A stretch of DNA of 64,000 nucleotides from a virus (lineage: Duplodnaviria > Caudoviricetes), in the IMG/VR virus record IMGVR_UViG_3300049298_000033, positions 1 through 64,000 of that record, one strand, 5' to 3'. The notes beneath the pieces are model-generated. The model saw only the letters and a program-made list of their open reading frames with translations, did no database searches and was not told the DNA's origin. A program made the position numbers and the translations under genes. Numbering within the stretch: the stretch's first letter is position 1; the number at the start of each line of letters is the position of its first letter. This document shows, in pieces, positions 36,559-45,743 of this stretch.

Positions 36559-36773
36559 GCGCGCCCCGTCTTCTCGCGGAGACGGTGTGGCGCGCTGCCG
36601 GCGACGAGCCCCCCACCGTCTGGTCGCCGTGCCCCCTGATGGTTGGCGGCCCGGTCCTGTCTTGGGGAAGTCCAGGGCTGGGCCGTCAACCTGGCACTGT
36701 TCTCCCGGCCTGCTCTCGCCGCTCTTGGAAGTGGGGTCGGCGCGGAGCAGGCCGGGCACCACCCCACTTCCAA
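36559..36773 (+). ncRNA. Candidate structured RNA: four consecutive hairpins plus a 13-bp pseudoknot
   Basis: Stems at 36559-36595, 36599-36629, 36641-36691, 36704-36756; loop TTGGAAGTGGGGT complementary to ACCCCACTTCCAA at 36761-36773. Confidence 0.55.
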
Positions 36774-36792
36774 CAGGAATAGGAGCGACCGC

Positions 36793-37380
36793 ATGCATGA
36801 TCCGCTGGTCGTCGCATTCGAGATCAAGCGCCCATGGCCGCACCGCTACAAGGCCCAGATTGTCAACGGCCGCGAGATCCCAGCACGCCGCTACTGGCCA
36901 GAGCTGATCACGATCTGGCACCGTGAGCCCGGCGGCCATGACTCCGGTGACATCTGCAAGCACTACCGCCGCTACCAAAACGAAGCGGGGGAGTGGCAGA
37001 CCAAGGTTCTCCGAGGCTGGCGTTTCCACGCCCACCACTGGAAGATCCAGGTCCACTCGCTGCAAGCCCTTCGCCGTCGCCTCCTGACCCGCTGCGCCTG
37101 GTGCGGCGGACCCTCGCGCAAGGGCGACGTGGTGAACGTCTCCCACTCATGGGATGGCCCGCGCGGACGCTGGTGGCAAGGCGAACCCGGCCTGTACCAC
37201 CACGACTGTTCTGCGATCGATCTCGCACACGCCACCTGCATATGTGAACAGCCCGTACTGGAGTACAACGGCTACGGGCGCTGCGCCCGCTGCAACAACC
37301 AGCGCTCCTACGGAATGACGGCCGAGAACCTCGCTCGCGCTCGTGAGCTGAAGGCCATCCAGGCTGGCGCTCGGTCATGA
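36793..37380 (+). CDS. Trp/His/Cys-rich hypothetical protein
   Basis: AGGAG RBS; MHDP..AFEI.RPWP..TIWH.EP.G.DSG..C; CAWCG. Confidence 0.7.
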   Translation: MHDPLVVAFEIKRPWPHRYKAQIVNGREIPARRYWPELITIWHREPGGHDSGDICKHYRRYQNEAGEWQTKVLRGWRFHAHHWKIQVHSLQALRRRLLTRCAWCGGPSRKGDVVNVSHSWDGPRGRWWQGEPGLYHHDCSAIDLAHATCICEQPVLEYNGYGRCARCNNQRSYGMTAENLARARELKAIQAGARS

Positions 37381-37679
37381 GCGACACCCGCATCGTCCTG
37401 GTGAAGCCTGGCGACGTCCTCATGCTCGGCAACGTCACCCTCCCAGAGGACGAGGACGCCCTGGAGGCGTTCGACTCGGCGCTCCGCACGTTGAAGGACG
37501 CTCTCGGCCTGGAGCACGTGCTCGTGTTCGAGGACGACATCGACCTCGCAGTGAAGCCCGCGACGGAGATCCGCCACGAGGTGCACGTCCAGCAGGACTG
37601 GTCGCCGGAACAGCACGCTCTCGCATCCGCGGTGGAGCGGCAGCAGAACGCGATGTCGCGCGTCGGCCGGTTCAAGTAG
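37377..37679 (+). CDS. Hypothetical protein
   Basis: ATGA coupling; VKPGDVL. Confidence 0.6.
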   Translation: MSDTRIVLVKPGDVLMLGNVTLPEDEDALEAFDSALRTLKDALGLEHVLVFEDDIDLAVKPATEIRHEVHVQQDWSPEQHALASAVERQQNAMSRVGRFK

Positions 37680-37748
37680 TAAACCAAGCCCGCCTCGCTG
37701 ACCTGCGACGAGTCACCATCGCCCACCGGCGGGTAAGAACGAACTTGG

Positions 37749-38372
37749 CTACTGTCCGGCAGCGTTGATCGGGACCTGAGCGGACTTCGGCCCATAGTTC
37801 AGCCGGCACAGCGGATGCCCTGCGCTATCCGTCACTTCCAACGCGCCCGGCCGGTCAGGCACGTTGTACATCCACATCCCGCTGACGTACTTCCCGGGCA
37901 GCGGTGCCGGCTGGTCGATCCCGGCCCACTCCGTGCCGCCGTTCGGCGCGCACGTCCCCATCGTCCCGGGGTTCGCATCCGCCTGTTGACCGTCCATTCC
38001 GAACCACTTCCCCTGCGTCTGCGCATCCGAGTCGTCCGACCCGAACGACGTCGACCCCACGTTCTTCACCCGGACGTTCAGGCACAACGTCACTGAATGC
38101 TTCGGATCCGAGTCCGTACCAGGCTTCTGCCTGATCGACCGGACCGTGATCTCCAAGTTCACGGCACCTTCCGCACTGGGAACCTGATACCTGAACGGCT
38201 GCCCGATCGTCACCGCTGGCACACCGATGAAGCTGGCCTTCGCGGTCGGCATGCACTCGGGGATGGCTTCATCGCACGACCTCGCAGGCTTGCCCGCGGA
38301 CGATCTACCCGACGAACACCCCGCCATAGCGGCGCAACACACGACAGCAGTTAGGGCACGCATCATCCTCAT
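37749..38372 (-). CDS. Lipoprotein with beta-rich domain (DUF4352-like)
   Basis: Signal peptide with lipobox-like AMAG-C; V.VKN.G, LPG..VSG...Y.VP. Confidence 0.7.
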   Translation of the reverse strand: MRMMRALTAVVCCAAMAGCSSGRSSAGKPARSCDEAIPECMPTAKASFIGVPAVTIGQPFRYQVPSAEGAVNLEITVRSIRQKPGTDSDPKHSVTLCLNVRVKNVGSTSFGSDDSDAQTQGKWFGMDGQQADANPGTMGTCAPNGGTEWAGIDQPAPLPGKYVSGMWMYNVPDRPGALEVTDSAGHPLCRLNYGPKSAQVPINAAGQ

Positions 38373-38423
38373 GCGCGGAGCCTAAGCCGCACCACCTCAT
38401 CATCCCGAGGGGAAGTTCTGCCG

Positions 38424-38852
38424 ATGCCAGTCCTCCCAAGGAAACCCTGCACAGAACCAGGCTGCCCCGAACTGGTAGACAAACCCGGACCCTGCCAAGA
38501 CTGCAGGCGACAACGCCGACGCCAATCCGACCGAGACCGCGGCACCGCAGCCGAACGCGGATACACCGGACCACGATGGAACACAGCCCGCACAACCACC
38601 CTGCAGGATGACCCAACCTGCACCTGCCACAACCCCGACTGCGACGACCACGGACCCAACTGCTACCGGCCATCAACAGTCGCCGACCACCACCCCAAGA
38701 CCCGCAAACAACTCATAGCCGAAGGCATCACCAACCCCGACGACCCTCGATACCTTCGCGGACTTTGCAAGGCATGCCACGATCGGCACACCGCGGCCAC
38801 CACCCCCGGCGGCTGGAACAGCCACACAAAACCGCAGGTCATAGACCTATAG
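38424..38852 (+). CDS. Terminase-associated HNH endonuclease
   Basis: PCTEPGCPEL..RGTAAERGY..W..STVADH..LRGLCKACH..HT. Confidence 0.88.
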   Translation: MPVLPRKPCTEPGCPELVDKPGPCQDCRRQRRRQSDRDRGTAAERGYTGPRWNTARTTTLQDDPTCTCHNPDCDDHGPNCYRPSTVADHHPKTRKQLIAEGITNPDDPRYLRGLCKACHDRHTAATTPGGWNSHTKPQVIDL

Positions 38853-38930
38853 GGGTAGGGGCGGTGAAATCGCAGGTCAGAGGCCTGGCGATACCGCCCG
38901 GGTGGTGAAGCTTGTGATGTCTCAGCTGGG
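38853..38930. other. Probable cos (packaging) region
   Basis: Lies between HNH and terS; GGGTAGGGG..AAATC..ACCGCCCGGG; C/A-rich to G/T-rich strand switch here. Confidence 0.55.
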
Positions 38931-38956
38931 AGATGCCCCTTGACGGGGAGGTGTCC

Positions 38957-39415
38957 ATGGCCTCTACGTCGCCGCGTCCGGCTGCGCTGAAGCTGATTGA
39001 GGGGCGGTCGCCTGGCCGTGACTCGGGTGGCCGGCCGGTTAAGGAGCCGCCTCCGTTCAAGCGCCTGCCTCCGGAGCCTCCGGAGTGGCTTCCTGTTGAG
39101 GCTGCCGCGGAGTGGCGGCGGGTGGTGCCGGAGCTTGCACGGTTGGAGCTCGTCAAGGAGATCGATCGGGCATCGCTGACGGCGTATTGCCTGACGTGGG
39201 ATCGGCTGGTGACTGCGCAGCGGCAGATCGCGGATGACGGCCTGCTGCACACGAACTCGCAGGGCCGTACCCGGCATCCTGCTGTGGCGATCGTCGAGGC
39301 TGCTTCGAAGGAGTTGAGGGCGTGGGCTGCGGAGTTTGGTCTAACGCCTTCGAGTGAGCAGCGCGTAGGCGGGAAGGACGGCGGCGGGAATGGGGAGGAG
39401 AACCCGTTCGCCTGA
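38957..39415 (+). CDS. terS: Terminase small subunit (P27 family)
   Basis: LKLIEG, PPEWL, EWRRV, D..L..YC, HPAV, EFGLTPSS. Confidence 0.92.
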   Translation: MASTSPRPAALKLIEGRSPGRDSGGRPVKEPPPFKRLPPEPPEWLPVEAAAEWRRVVPELARLELVKEIDRASLTAYCLTWDRLVTAQRQIADDGLLHTNSQGRTRHPAVAIVEAASKELRAWAAEFGLTPSSEQRVGGKDGGGNGEENPFA

Positions 39416-41153
39416 GCCGCCTAGGCTCACCGCGGACTATGCGGCTGAGCTGGACCGGCTGAAGATCTCACCGGAGGTTGGCTGGTACCTGAAGGCGCGG
39501 GGGATCCCGCTGCCGGACTGTCCGCCGACGTGGAAGACACCTGAGCCGCGGGACTTTCCAGGTGCCCGGTTCGATCCGGAGCGGGTCGACAAGGTCCTGA
39601 AGTCGTTCAACCTGCTGCGGCATACGCAGGGAGAGTGGGCCGGACGGCCGCTGAAGCCGGACCCGTGGCAGGTCGCTTACATCCTTGCGCCTGTGTACGG
39701 GTGGGTACACAAGAACAGTCGCGGTAAATGGGTGCGGATCATCCGCACCGAGTACGTCGACCTGTCGAGGAAGAACGGAAAGACCACGCTTGCCGGTGGT
39801 CAGGCGACTTACCTGACGTGCGCTGATGGTGAGGACGGCGCCCAAGTCATCGCTGCGGCGGCCGGTAGGGAACAGGCAGGCTACTGCTTCGCGCCGGTGA
39901 AGTTGATCGCGGAGAAGTCGCCGCACCTGTCGCCACACGTGAAGTGCACTATCAACAAGATCGTGCATAAGCGGACCGGCTCGTACTTCATGGTCGTGTC
40001 CAGCGTCGCTGATCTGCTGCACGGCGCGAACGTGCACGGCTCCGTCATCGACGAGTTGCATGTCCACAAATCGCGGGACCTCGTCGACGCACTCGAGACC
40101 GGTACGGGCGCCCGATCCCAACCGCTGATCATCATCATCACCACTCCTGATGACGGCCGGCGCGGCACAATCTACGCGGAGAAGCGGGAGTACTGCGAGC
40201 AACTGTCCCGGGGCGCGATCAGCGACCCGACCTTCTACGGGGTCATCTGGGCGGCGGCGGAGTCAGAGAAAGCTCTCAAGGAGCAGGGTCTGACGCCTTT
40301 CGATGAGGAGGCGTGGCGTCGAGCGAACCCGGGCTACGGGATCTCGCCGACGAAGGAGTTCCTCGAGGCGGAAGCGCGCAAGGCGCGCCAGTCACCAGCG
40401 AACCTGTCGCGGTTCCTACGGCTACATCTTGGGATCCGCACGAAGCAGGCGAAGCGGTACATCACCTTGGACGTGTGGGACCGTAACGCCAGCCTCGTCG
40501 ATGAGCAGGGATTGAGAGGGCGTCTAGCGTTCGGCGGTTTGGACCTTTCACGCACGCATGACCTGACGGCACTGGCGTGGCTGTTTCCGAAGGACGGCGA
40601 GTACGAAGCGGTCTGGCGGCTTTGGGTACCCGAAGCGCGGATGGACGATCTGAACAAGCGCACTGCTGGTTCCGCTGATGTTTGGCGCCGCGACGGCTGG
40701 CTCACGGTGACCGACGGGAACGTCATCGACTATGAGGTAGTTAAGAAGCAGATGCGCGCCGATCTGGCTGTGTTCCAGGCGAAAGAGATCGGCTACGACC
40801 GGTGGAACGCGACGCAGCTCGTCACTGACATGACCGAAGAGGGCGCCCCGATGGTGCCAATCGGCCAGGGCTACCAGTCGATGTCTGCGCCACTGAAAGA
40901 GCTATTGACGTTGCTGCTCCGCGGTACGCCACAGCGTCCGGTGCTCCGGCATGGCGGGAACCCGGTGATGCGGTGGATGGTCGACAACCTTGCGGTGTCA
41001 ATGGATGCGGCAGGGAACGTGAAGCCGGACAAGGAGAAGGCCGGCGACAACATCGATGGGTTCTCGGCGGCGGTGACGGCGTTGGCGCGGGCGATGCTGC
41101 ACAAACCACCCCGGAAGTCGGCGTATGAGGACCACGACCTGCAGGTCGTATGA
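39390..41153 (+). CDS. terL: Terminase large subunit
   Basis: PWQ, RKNGKT, VIDELH, ANPG, GLDLS, YDRWNA, IDG. Confidence 0.96.
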   Translation: MGRRTRSPEPPRLTADYAAELDRLKISPEVGWYLKARGIPLPDCPPTWKTPEPRDFPGARFDPERVDKVLKSFNLLRHTQGEWAGRPLKPDPWQVAYILAPVYGWVHKNSRGKWVRIIRTEYVDLSRKNGKTTLAGGQATYLTCADGEDGAQVIAAAAGREQAGYCFAPVKLIAEKSPHLSPHVKCTINKIVHKRTGSYFMVVSSVADLLHGANVHGSVIDELHVHKSRDLVDALETGTGARSQPLIIIITTPDDGRRGTIYAEKREYCEQLSRGAISDPTFYGVIWAAAESEKALKEQGLTPFDEEAWRRANPGYGISPTKEFLEAEARKARQSPANLSRFLRLHLGIRTKQAKRYITLDVWDRNASLVDEQGLRGRLAFGGLDLSRTHDLTALAWLFPKDGEYEAVWRLWVPEARMDDLNKRTAGSADVWRRDGWLTVTDGNVIDYEVVKKQMRADLAVFQAKEIGYDRWNATQLVTDMTEEGAPMVPIGQGYQSMSAPLKELLTLLLRGTPQRPVLRHGGNPVMRWMVDNLAVSMDAAGNVKPDKEKAGDNIDGFSAAVTALARAMLHKPPRKSAYEDHDLQVV

Positions 41154-41169
41154 ATACCTGGGAGGTCGT

Positions 41170-41388
41170 GTGTTCGCCTGGCGTCAAACCGCTGTCCGTA
41201 AGCGGGTAATCGTGAACCTGCCGGACCGTGCGTTCGCCGGGGTGTTGTGGGCGCAGCGCGGTCCGCTGTTGGTGCTGCGGAACGCGGAACTGCTCGAGCA
41301 GGGTGCACAACCGGTTCCGATGGACGGCGAGGTTGTCATCGAACGGTCGCGTGTCGAGTTCGTTCAGGTCGTCCAGGCGGTCGGCTGA
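41170..41388 (+). CDS. Small Sm-like protein before portal
   Basis: RVIVNL..AFAGVLW..LVLRNA..DGEVVIERSRVEFVQ; GGAGG RBS. Confidence 0.75.
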   Translation: MFAWRQTAVRKRVIVNLPDRAFAGVLWAQRGPLLVLRNAELLEQGAQPVPMDGEVVIERSRVEFVQVVQAVG

Positions 41389-43373
41389 TGCCGTTCGTGC
41401 AGGCCGCCGGGTCGCTACGGACGGTGTCGGCGGCTCCGGTGCCGCACCCGTTCTCGATGACGATTGCGCCGAGCCTGCGACAGGACTACGCGACGATCTG
41501 GCGGACCCAGCCCGCGGTGCGGACCGTGGTGGACTTCCTGGCGCGGAACATCGCCCAGCTTGGCCTACACGTGTTCCGGCGTGCGAGCGACACGGACCGG
41601 GAGCGTCTTGCCAGTCACCCCATGGCACGGCTGATCGCGAACCCCGCACCAGCGGACATGAAGATCACCAGGTACCGCCTAATCGACGCGCTCGTCCACG
41701 ATCTGGGGATCTACGACACGGCATGCTGGTTGAAAGTCAAGGCCGACGGGACGGAGAAGCCGGGCGCGTTGTTGCGGGTTCCGCCGTGGATGGTCGAACC
41801 CATCGACGGGGACTGGATGGCGGCGTCTCAATACCGGGTTCGGGGCAACCGCGGGTACAGAGACTTCCCCGCCGACCAGGTCGTGTTCTTCCGCGGATAC
41901 AACCCGGACGATCCCCGGACCGGGTCACCGCCGATCGAGACGCTGCGGCGGATCCTGGCGGAGGAGTACGCGGCGACGGTGTACCGGGACCAGCTGTGGC
42001 GTAACGGCGCCCGATTCGCCGGATACATCAGCCGCCCGGTGGACGCCCCAGTCTGGGGCGACACGGCGCGGAACCGGTTTCGTGCGTCGTGGCAGGCGCA
42101 ATATACCGGCGACGGGCCGCAGGCGGGCGGCACACCGATCCTCGAGGACGGCATGGAGTTCGTGCCGGCCGCGGTAACCCCGCAGCAGGCGCAGTACCTG
42201 GAGGCACGGAAACTCACGCGCGAGGAAGTCGCGGCGGCATATCACATTCCGCTGCCGATGGTTGGGATCCTTGACCACGCGACATTCTCGAACATCACGG
42301 AGCAGCACAAGCAGCTGTACCAGGACACACTCGGCCCGTGGCTGACGATGATCGCCGAGGATCTGATGCTGCAGCTCCTGCCAGACCTGGACGACTCGGT
42401 GGATGTGTACGTCGAGTTCAACATCGCTGAGAAGCTCAAAGGAAGTTTCGAAGAGCAGGCCAGCAGTATCCAGTCGCTGGTGGGTCGCCCGGTGCTGACC
42501 GCGGATGAGGGTCGGGCGCTGCTGAACCGTAACGCGCTCGGCGGCGACGCCGCACAGCTCGTCACGCCGTTGAATGTGCTGATCGGCGGGCAGGCGTCAC
42601 CGACCGATTCCGCGCCGGACCCTGTGGCAGCGAATCTGGCCGCCATGCCGGATAGGGCTGTGAAGTCAGTAACAGTGAAGGCGAGGGCGCCGCGCACTGC
42701 CACGACCCGCACAGAGCAGGTCCTCGTGGGTTTCTTCGACCGTCAGGCCAAGGCGCTCATCAGCAAGGTCGGCGCTGAGAAGGCGGCATTCCGAAAGGTC
42801 GCCGTCGATGATGTGTTCAACGAGGACAGGTGGAACGGCGAGTTGTCCGCGGACCTGCTGCGGCTGAATCTGCTTCTTGCTGTGGCTGCCGGGCAGGCGA
42901 CACTCGAGGAAATCGGTGAAGACCCCGATGAACTCGACAAGGACCGAATGGTCGGCTGGCTCACCGCGAACGCGGCTGGCGTCGCCGCCGGCATCAACGC
43001 CACCACGAAAGCGGCCGTGGCTGCGCTACTGAAGGACGCTGACCCGATCGGTGCGATCAAGGCTCTGTTCGACGCCTACCGCAGCCAGCGCGCGCCGCAG
43101 ATCGCGCACGCGCAAACCTCGGCGATGTCGGGATTCGGCACAGTGGAAGCTGTCCGTCAAGTCGGTGGGGACGGCGCGGTGAAGACCTGGGTGACCGGAT
43201 CCAATCCGCGATCCACCCATGCCCGGCTGGATGGCGAAACCGTCGGTATCGACGACCTGTTCTCCAATGGCGCCCGCTGGCCAGGCGATTCGAAGCTCAG
43301 CGAGAACGACCGCGCTGGCTGTAACTGCTCAGTGACCGTCTCAATCGAGAGTGTCTCGTCGTCGACGGCCTGA
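41388..43373 (+). CDS. HK97-type portal fused to MuF-like domain
   Basis: GSPPIETL, NGAR, ILEDG, NITEQ; C-terminal KTW..R.TH..LDG..FSNG..WPGD..GCNC. Confidence 0.9.
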   Translation: MPFVQAAGSLRTVSAAPVPHPFSMTIAPSLRQDYATIWRTQPAVRTVVDFLARNIAQLGLHVFRRASDTDRERLASHPMARLIANPAPADMKITRYRLIDALVHDLGIYDTACWLKVKADGTEKPGALLRVPPWMVEPIDGDWMAASQYRVRGNRGYRDFPADQVVFFRGYNPDDPRTGSPPIETLRRILAEEYAATVYRDQLWRNGARFAGYISRPVDAPVWGDTARNRFRASWQAQYTGDGPQAGGTPILEDGMEFVPAAVTPQQAQYLEARKLTREEVAAAYHIPLPMVGILDHATFSNITEQHKQLYQDTLGPWLTMIAEDLMLQLLPDLDDSVDVYVEFNIAEKLKGSFEEQASSIQSLVGRPVLTADEGRALLNRNALGGDAAQLVTPLNVLIGGQASPTDSAPDPVAANLAAMPDRAVKSVTVKARAPRTATTRTEQVLVGFFDRQAKALISKVGAEKAAFRKVAVDDVFNEDRWNGELSADLLRLNLLLAVAAGQATLEEIGEDPDELDKDRMVGWLTANAAGVAAGINATTKAAVAALLKDADPIGAIKALFDAYRSQRAPQIAHAQTSAMSGFGTVEAVRQVGGDGAVKTWVTGSNPRSTHARLDGETVGIDDLFSNGARWPGDSKLSENDRAGCNCSVTVSIESVSSSTA

Positions 43374-43445
43374 ACCGCCCGCCAACTCTCTTTCCTACTG
43401 AACCCGCCGGAACCGACGGTCCTATCGAGATGGCGAGGAGAAACC

Positions 43446-44372
43446 GTGAAGATCAAGTCCTGCCCTGTCCGGATCAAGGCAGCGGGCGAGAACGAGGGCA
43501 CCGAGGACGGGGTCTTTGAGGCCATCGTCGCCACCTACGACCTCGACTCCGTCGGCGACAAGATCGTGCCAGGCGCGTTCGGGGAGACGCTCGCGGAGTG
43601 GAAGGGCCGCGGCGACCCGATCCCTGTGCTGTGGTCTCACATGTCGCAGGATCCCGACTACCACATCGGGGTCGTCGAAGAGGCCGAGGAACGTCCCGAG
43701 GGGCTGTGGGTGAAGGCCCGCCTCGATTTGGACGAGCCGAAGGCCGCGAAGGTCTACAAGCTGTTGAAGGGCCGCCGCGTCACCCAGTTCAGCTTCGCCT
43801 ACGACATTGAAGAGGGCGGCACCGTCGAGCAGAAGGATGGCGAGTCCTACTACGAGCTTCGGAAGCTGAAGCTGTACGAGGTTGGGCCGACTCTGATCGG
43901 CGCCAACCAGGAAACCGAACTCCTCGACGTTAAGTCGGGTGACGGCCCTATTCGGATCGCTATCCACAACCCGGCCGGTGTGGATGTCGAAACGGTCCGG
44001 AAGGCCGTCGAGGACGCATTCAAGGCCCGCGACGACGCCGTGGAGCCCGCGTCGAAGGACGCCACGGAGACGGTCGAGAAGGCCGCCGACGCGGTCGAGA
44101 AGGCCGCCGACGCGGAGGAGGAGAAAGCCGGCAGGACCCTGTCGGCGAAGAACGAGGAACGCGTGAAAGACATCGCGCGTCTCGCTAAGGAACTGCTGGA
44201 CTCCCTCGCATCCAGCGACGACGAAGAGAAGGCCAGGCAAGAAGCCCAGCCCGCCGCATCCGAGGAGCCTGCACAGGCCAAGGGTGACGTGCCAGCACGG
44301 CCAGGCCCCGCCTCGCTCCGTCTGCACACAGACCTCGCCGCATTCGCGGCTGAGGTCTCCGCGCTCACGTAG
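43446..44372 (+). CDS. HK97 prohead protease
   Basis: DSVGD.IVPGAF, LWSH, GLWV, FSFAY, LYEVG..GAN. Confidence 0.92.
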   Translation: MKIKSCPVRIKAAGENEGTEDGVFEAIVATYDLDSVGDKIVPGAFGETLAEWKGRGDPIPVLWSHMSQDPDYHIGVVEEAEERPEGLWVKARLDLDEPKAAKVYKLLKGRRVTQFSFAYDIEEGGTVEQKDGESYYELRKLKLYEVGPTLIGANQETELLDVKSGDGPIRIAIHNPAGVDVETVRKAVEDAFKARDDAVEPASKDATETVEKAADAVEKAADAEEEKAGRTLSAKNEERVKDIARLAKELLDSLASSDDEEKARQEAQPAASEEPAQAKGDVPARPGPASLRLHTDLAAFAAEVSALT

Positions 44373-44389
44373 TGAAGGCAGAGAACCAT

Positions 44390-45664
44390 ATGAGCACGAA
44401 GATCGATCAGCTCACCGAAGAGCTGAAGGCGCATCTCAAGTCCGCGCAGGAGATCGCGGCGAAGGCCGAAGACGACGACCGGGACTTCACCGATGAGGAA
44501 CGCGCCGAGGTCACCGCCAAGATGCAGGCGGCTTCGGAATGCAAGGCCAAGCTCGAGAAGGCCAGGGCCGACGCCAAGATGCGGGAGGCGATCGCCGAGC
44601 TCGGCGACGGCATCGGCCTGGCCGAGAAGTCCGAGACGAAGACAACCCCGTCGGGTCTGATCGTTCCCGAGCGCGGTAAGAGCCTGGGTCAGCATTTCGT
44701 CGAGTCCGGCGCCTACAAGGCGCTGGTGTCGTCCACGCCGGGCGGGAACTTCGGCGAGAAGATGCGTGTCCAGTCCCAGCCGGTCGGGTTCAAGACCCTG
44801 GTGACCGGCGCGTCCGACACCTCCGCCGGCGCGTTCGTCCAGAACGACTGGCGGGCCCTGCAGGTCGGGCTGGACGCCTTCCAGCGTCCCTTGACCCTGC
44901 GGGACGTCGTCACTACGGGTACGACCACGTCCGACACGATCGAATACGCGCGGATCACCTCGATCACCAACAGCGCCGCCCCGACCGCTGAGGCGACCGC
45001 GAGCACCGGCACCTCCGGCACCAAGCCCGAGTCGGCGATCGCTACAGAGAAGGCCACCGCGACCGTCAAGACGATCGCGCACTGGATCCCGGTCACTAAG
45101 CGGGCACTCGCGGACGCCGCGCAGATCCGTACCCTCATCGACAACTTCCTCCGATACGGCCTGGAGGAGGAACTCGAAGACCAGATGGTGTCCGGGGATG
45201 GCTCCGGTGAGAACTTCGCCGGCATCTCCAACGTCTCCGGCGTCCAGGCGCAGGCGTGGGACGCCGACATCCTCACCACCACCCGGAAAGCCAAAACCAA
45301 GGTCCGCACCGTTGGCCGATCCATGGCCAACGCCTACGTCCTCAACCCGGCCGACTGGGAAACCATCGACCTGCTGCAGGACAACGAGGGCCGCTACTAC
45401 TACGGCGGCCCAGCCACCCCCGGTGCACCCCGACTGTGGGGTCTGCCGGTCATCGAATGCGAAGGCGTTCCTTCGGGCACCGGCTACGTCGGCGACTGGC
45501 GGAAGGCGGTCCTGTGGGACCGCGAGCAGGCGTCCATTTCTGTCACTGACAGCCATTCTGACTTTTTTGTCAGGAATTTGGTAGCAATCTTGGCGGAGAT
45601 GCGCGCCGCCTTTGGCGTTGTGCAGCCAAATGCCTTTGTGGAGATCGACCTCACCTCCGCGTAG
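44390..45664 (+). CDS. Major capsid protein (HK97 fold)
   Basis: Delta-domain coiled coil; KPES..TIAHW..E.Q..GDG; LNP.DW; LWGLPV; FVRNLVAILAE.R. Confidence 0.95.
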   Translation: MSTKIDQLTEELKAHLKSAQEIAAKAEDDDRDFTDEERAEVTAKMQAASECKAKLEKARADAKMREAIAELGDGIGLAEKSETKTTPSGLIVPERGKSLGQHFVESGAYKALVSSTPGGNFGEKMRVQSQPVGFKTLVTGASDTSAGAFVQNDWRALQVGLDAFQRPLTLRDVVTTGTTTSDTIEYARITSITNSAAPTAEATASTGTSGTKPESAIATEKATATVKTIAHWIPVTKRALADAAQIRTLIDNFLRYGLEEELEDQMVSGDGSGENFAGISNVSGVQAQAWDADILTTTRKAKTKVRTVGRSMANAYVLNPADWETIDLLQDNEGRYYYGGPATPGAPRLWGLPVIECEGVPSGTGYVGDWRKAVLWDREQASISVTDSHSDFFVRNLVAILAEMRAAFGVVQPNAFVEIDLTSA

Positions 45665-45681
45665 AGCGGATAAAGGCACAG

Positions 45682-45743
45682 TTGTGCGCCCCTCCCGGGT
45701 AGGATAGTGGCAAAATAGTCGCTTCCCGGGAGAGGCGTAACAA
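45682..45743 (+). promoter_or_regulatory. Hairpin sequestering the HNH RBS, with a -10-like hexamer in the loop
   Basis: TTGTGCGCCCCTCCCGGG pairs with CCCGGGAGAGGCGTAACAA; TAGGAT at 45700-45705. Confidence 0.6.

Noticed and set aside
35928-36790. Possible tRNA genes to accompany Thg1
   Set aside because: No cloverleaf with a T-loop GTTCRA pattern recognised by eye; tRNAscan-SE or ARAGORN would settle it
44070-44115. Tandem 21-bp repeat in the prohead protease gene
   Set aside because: Encodes a low-complexity VEKAADA linker; ordinary
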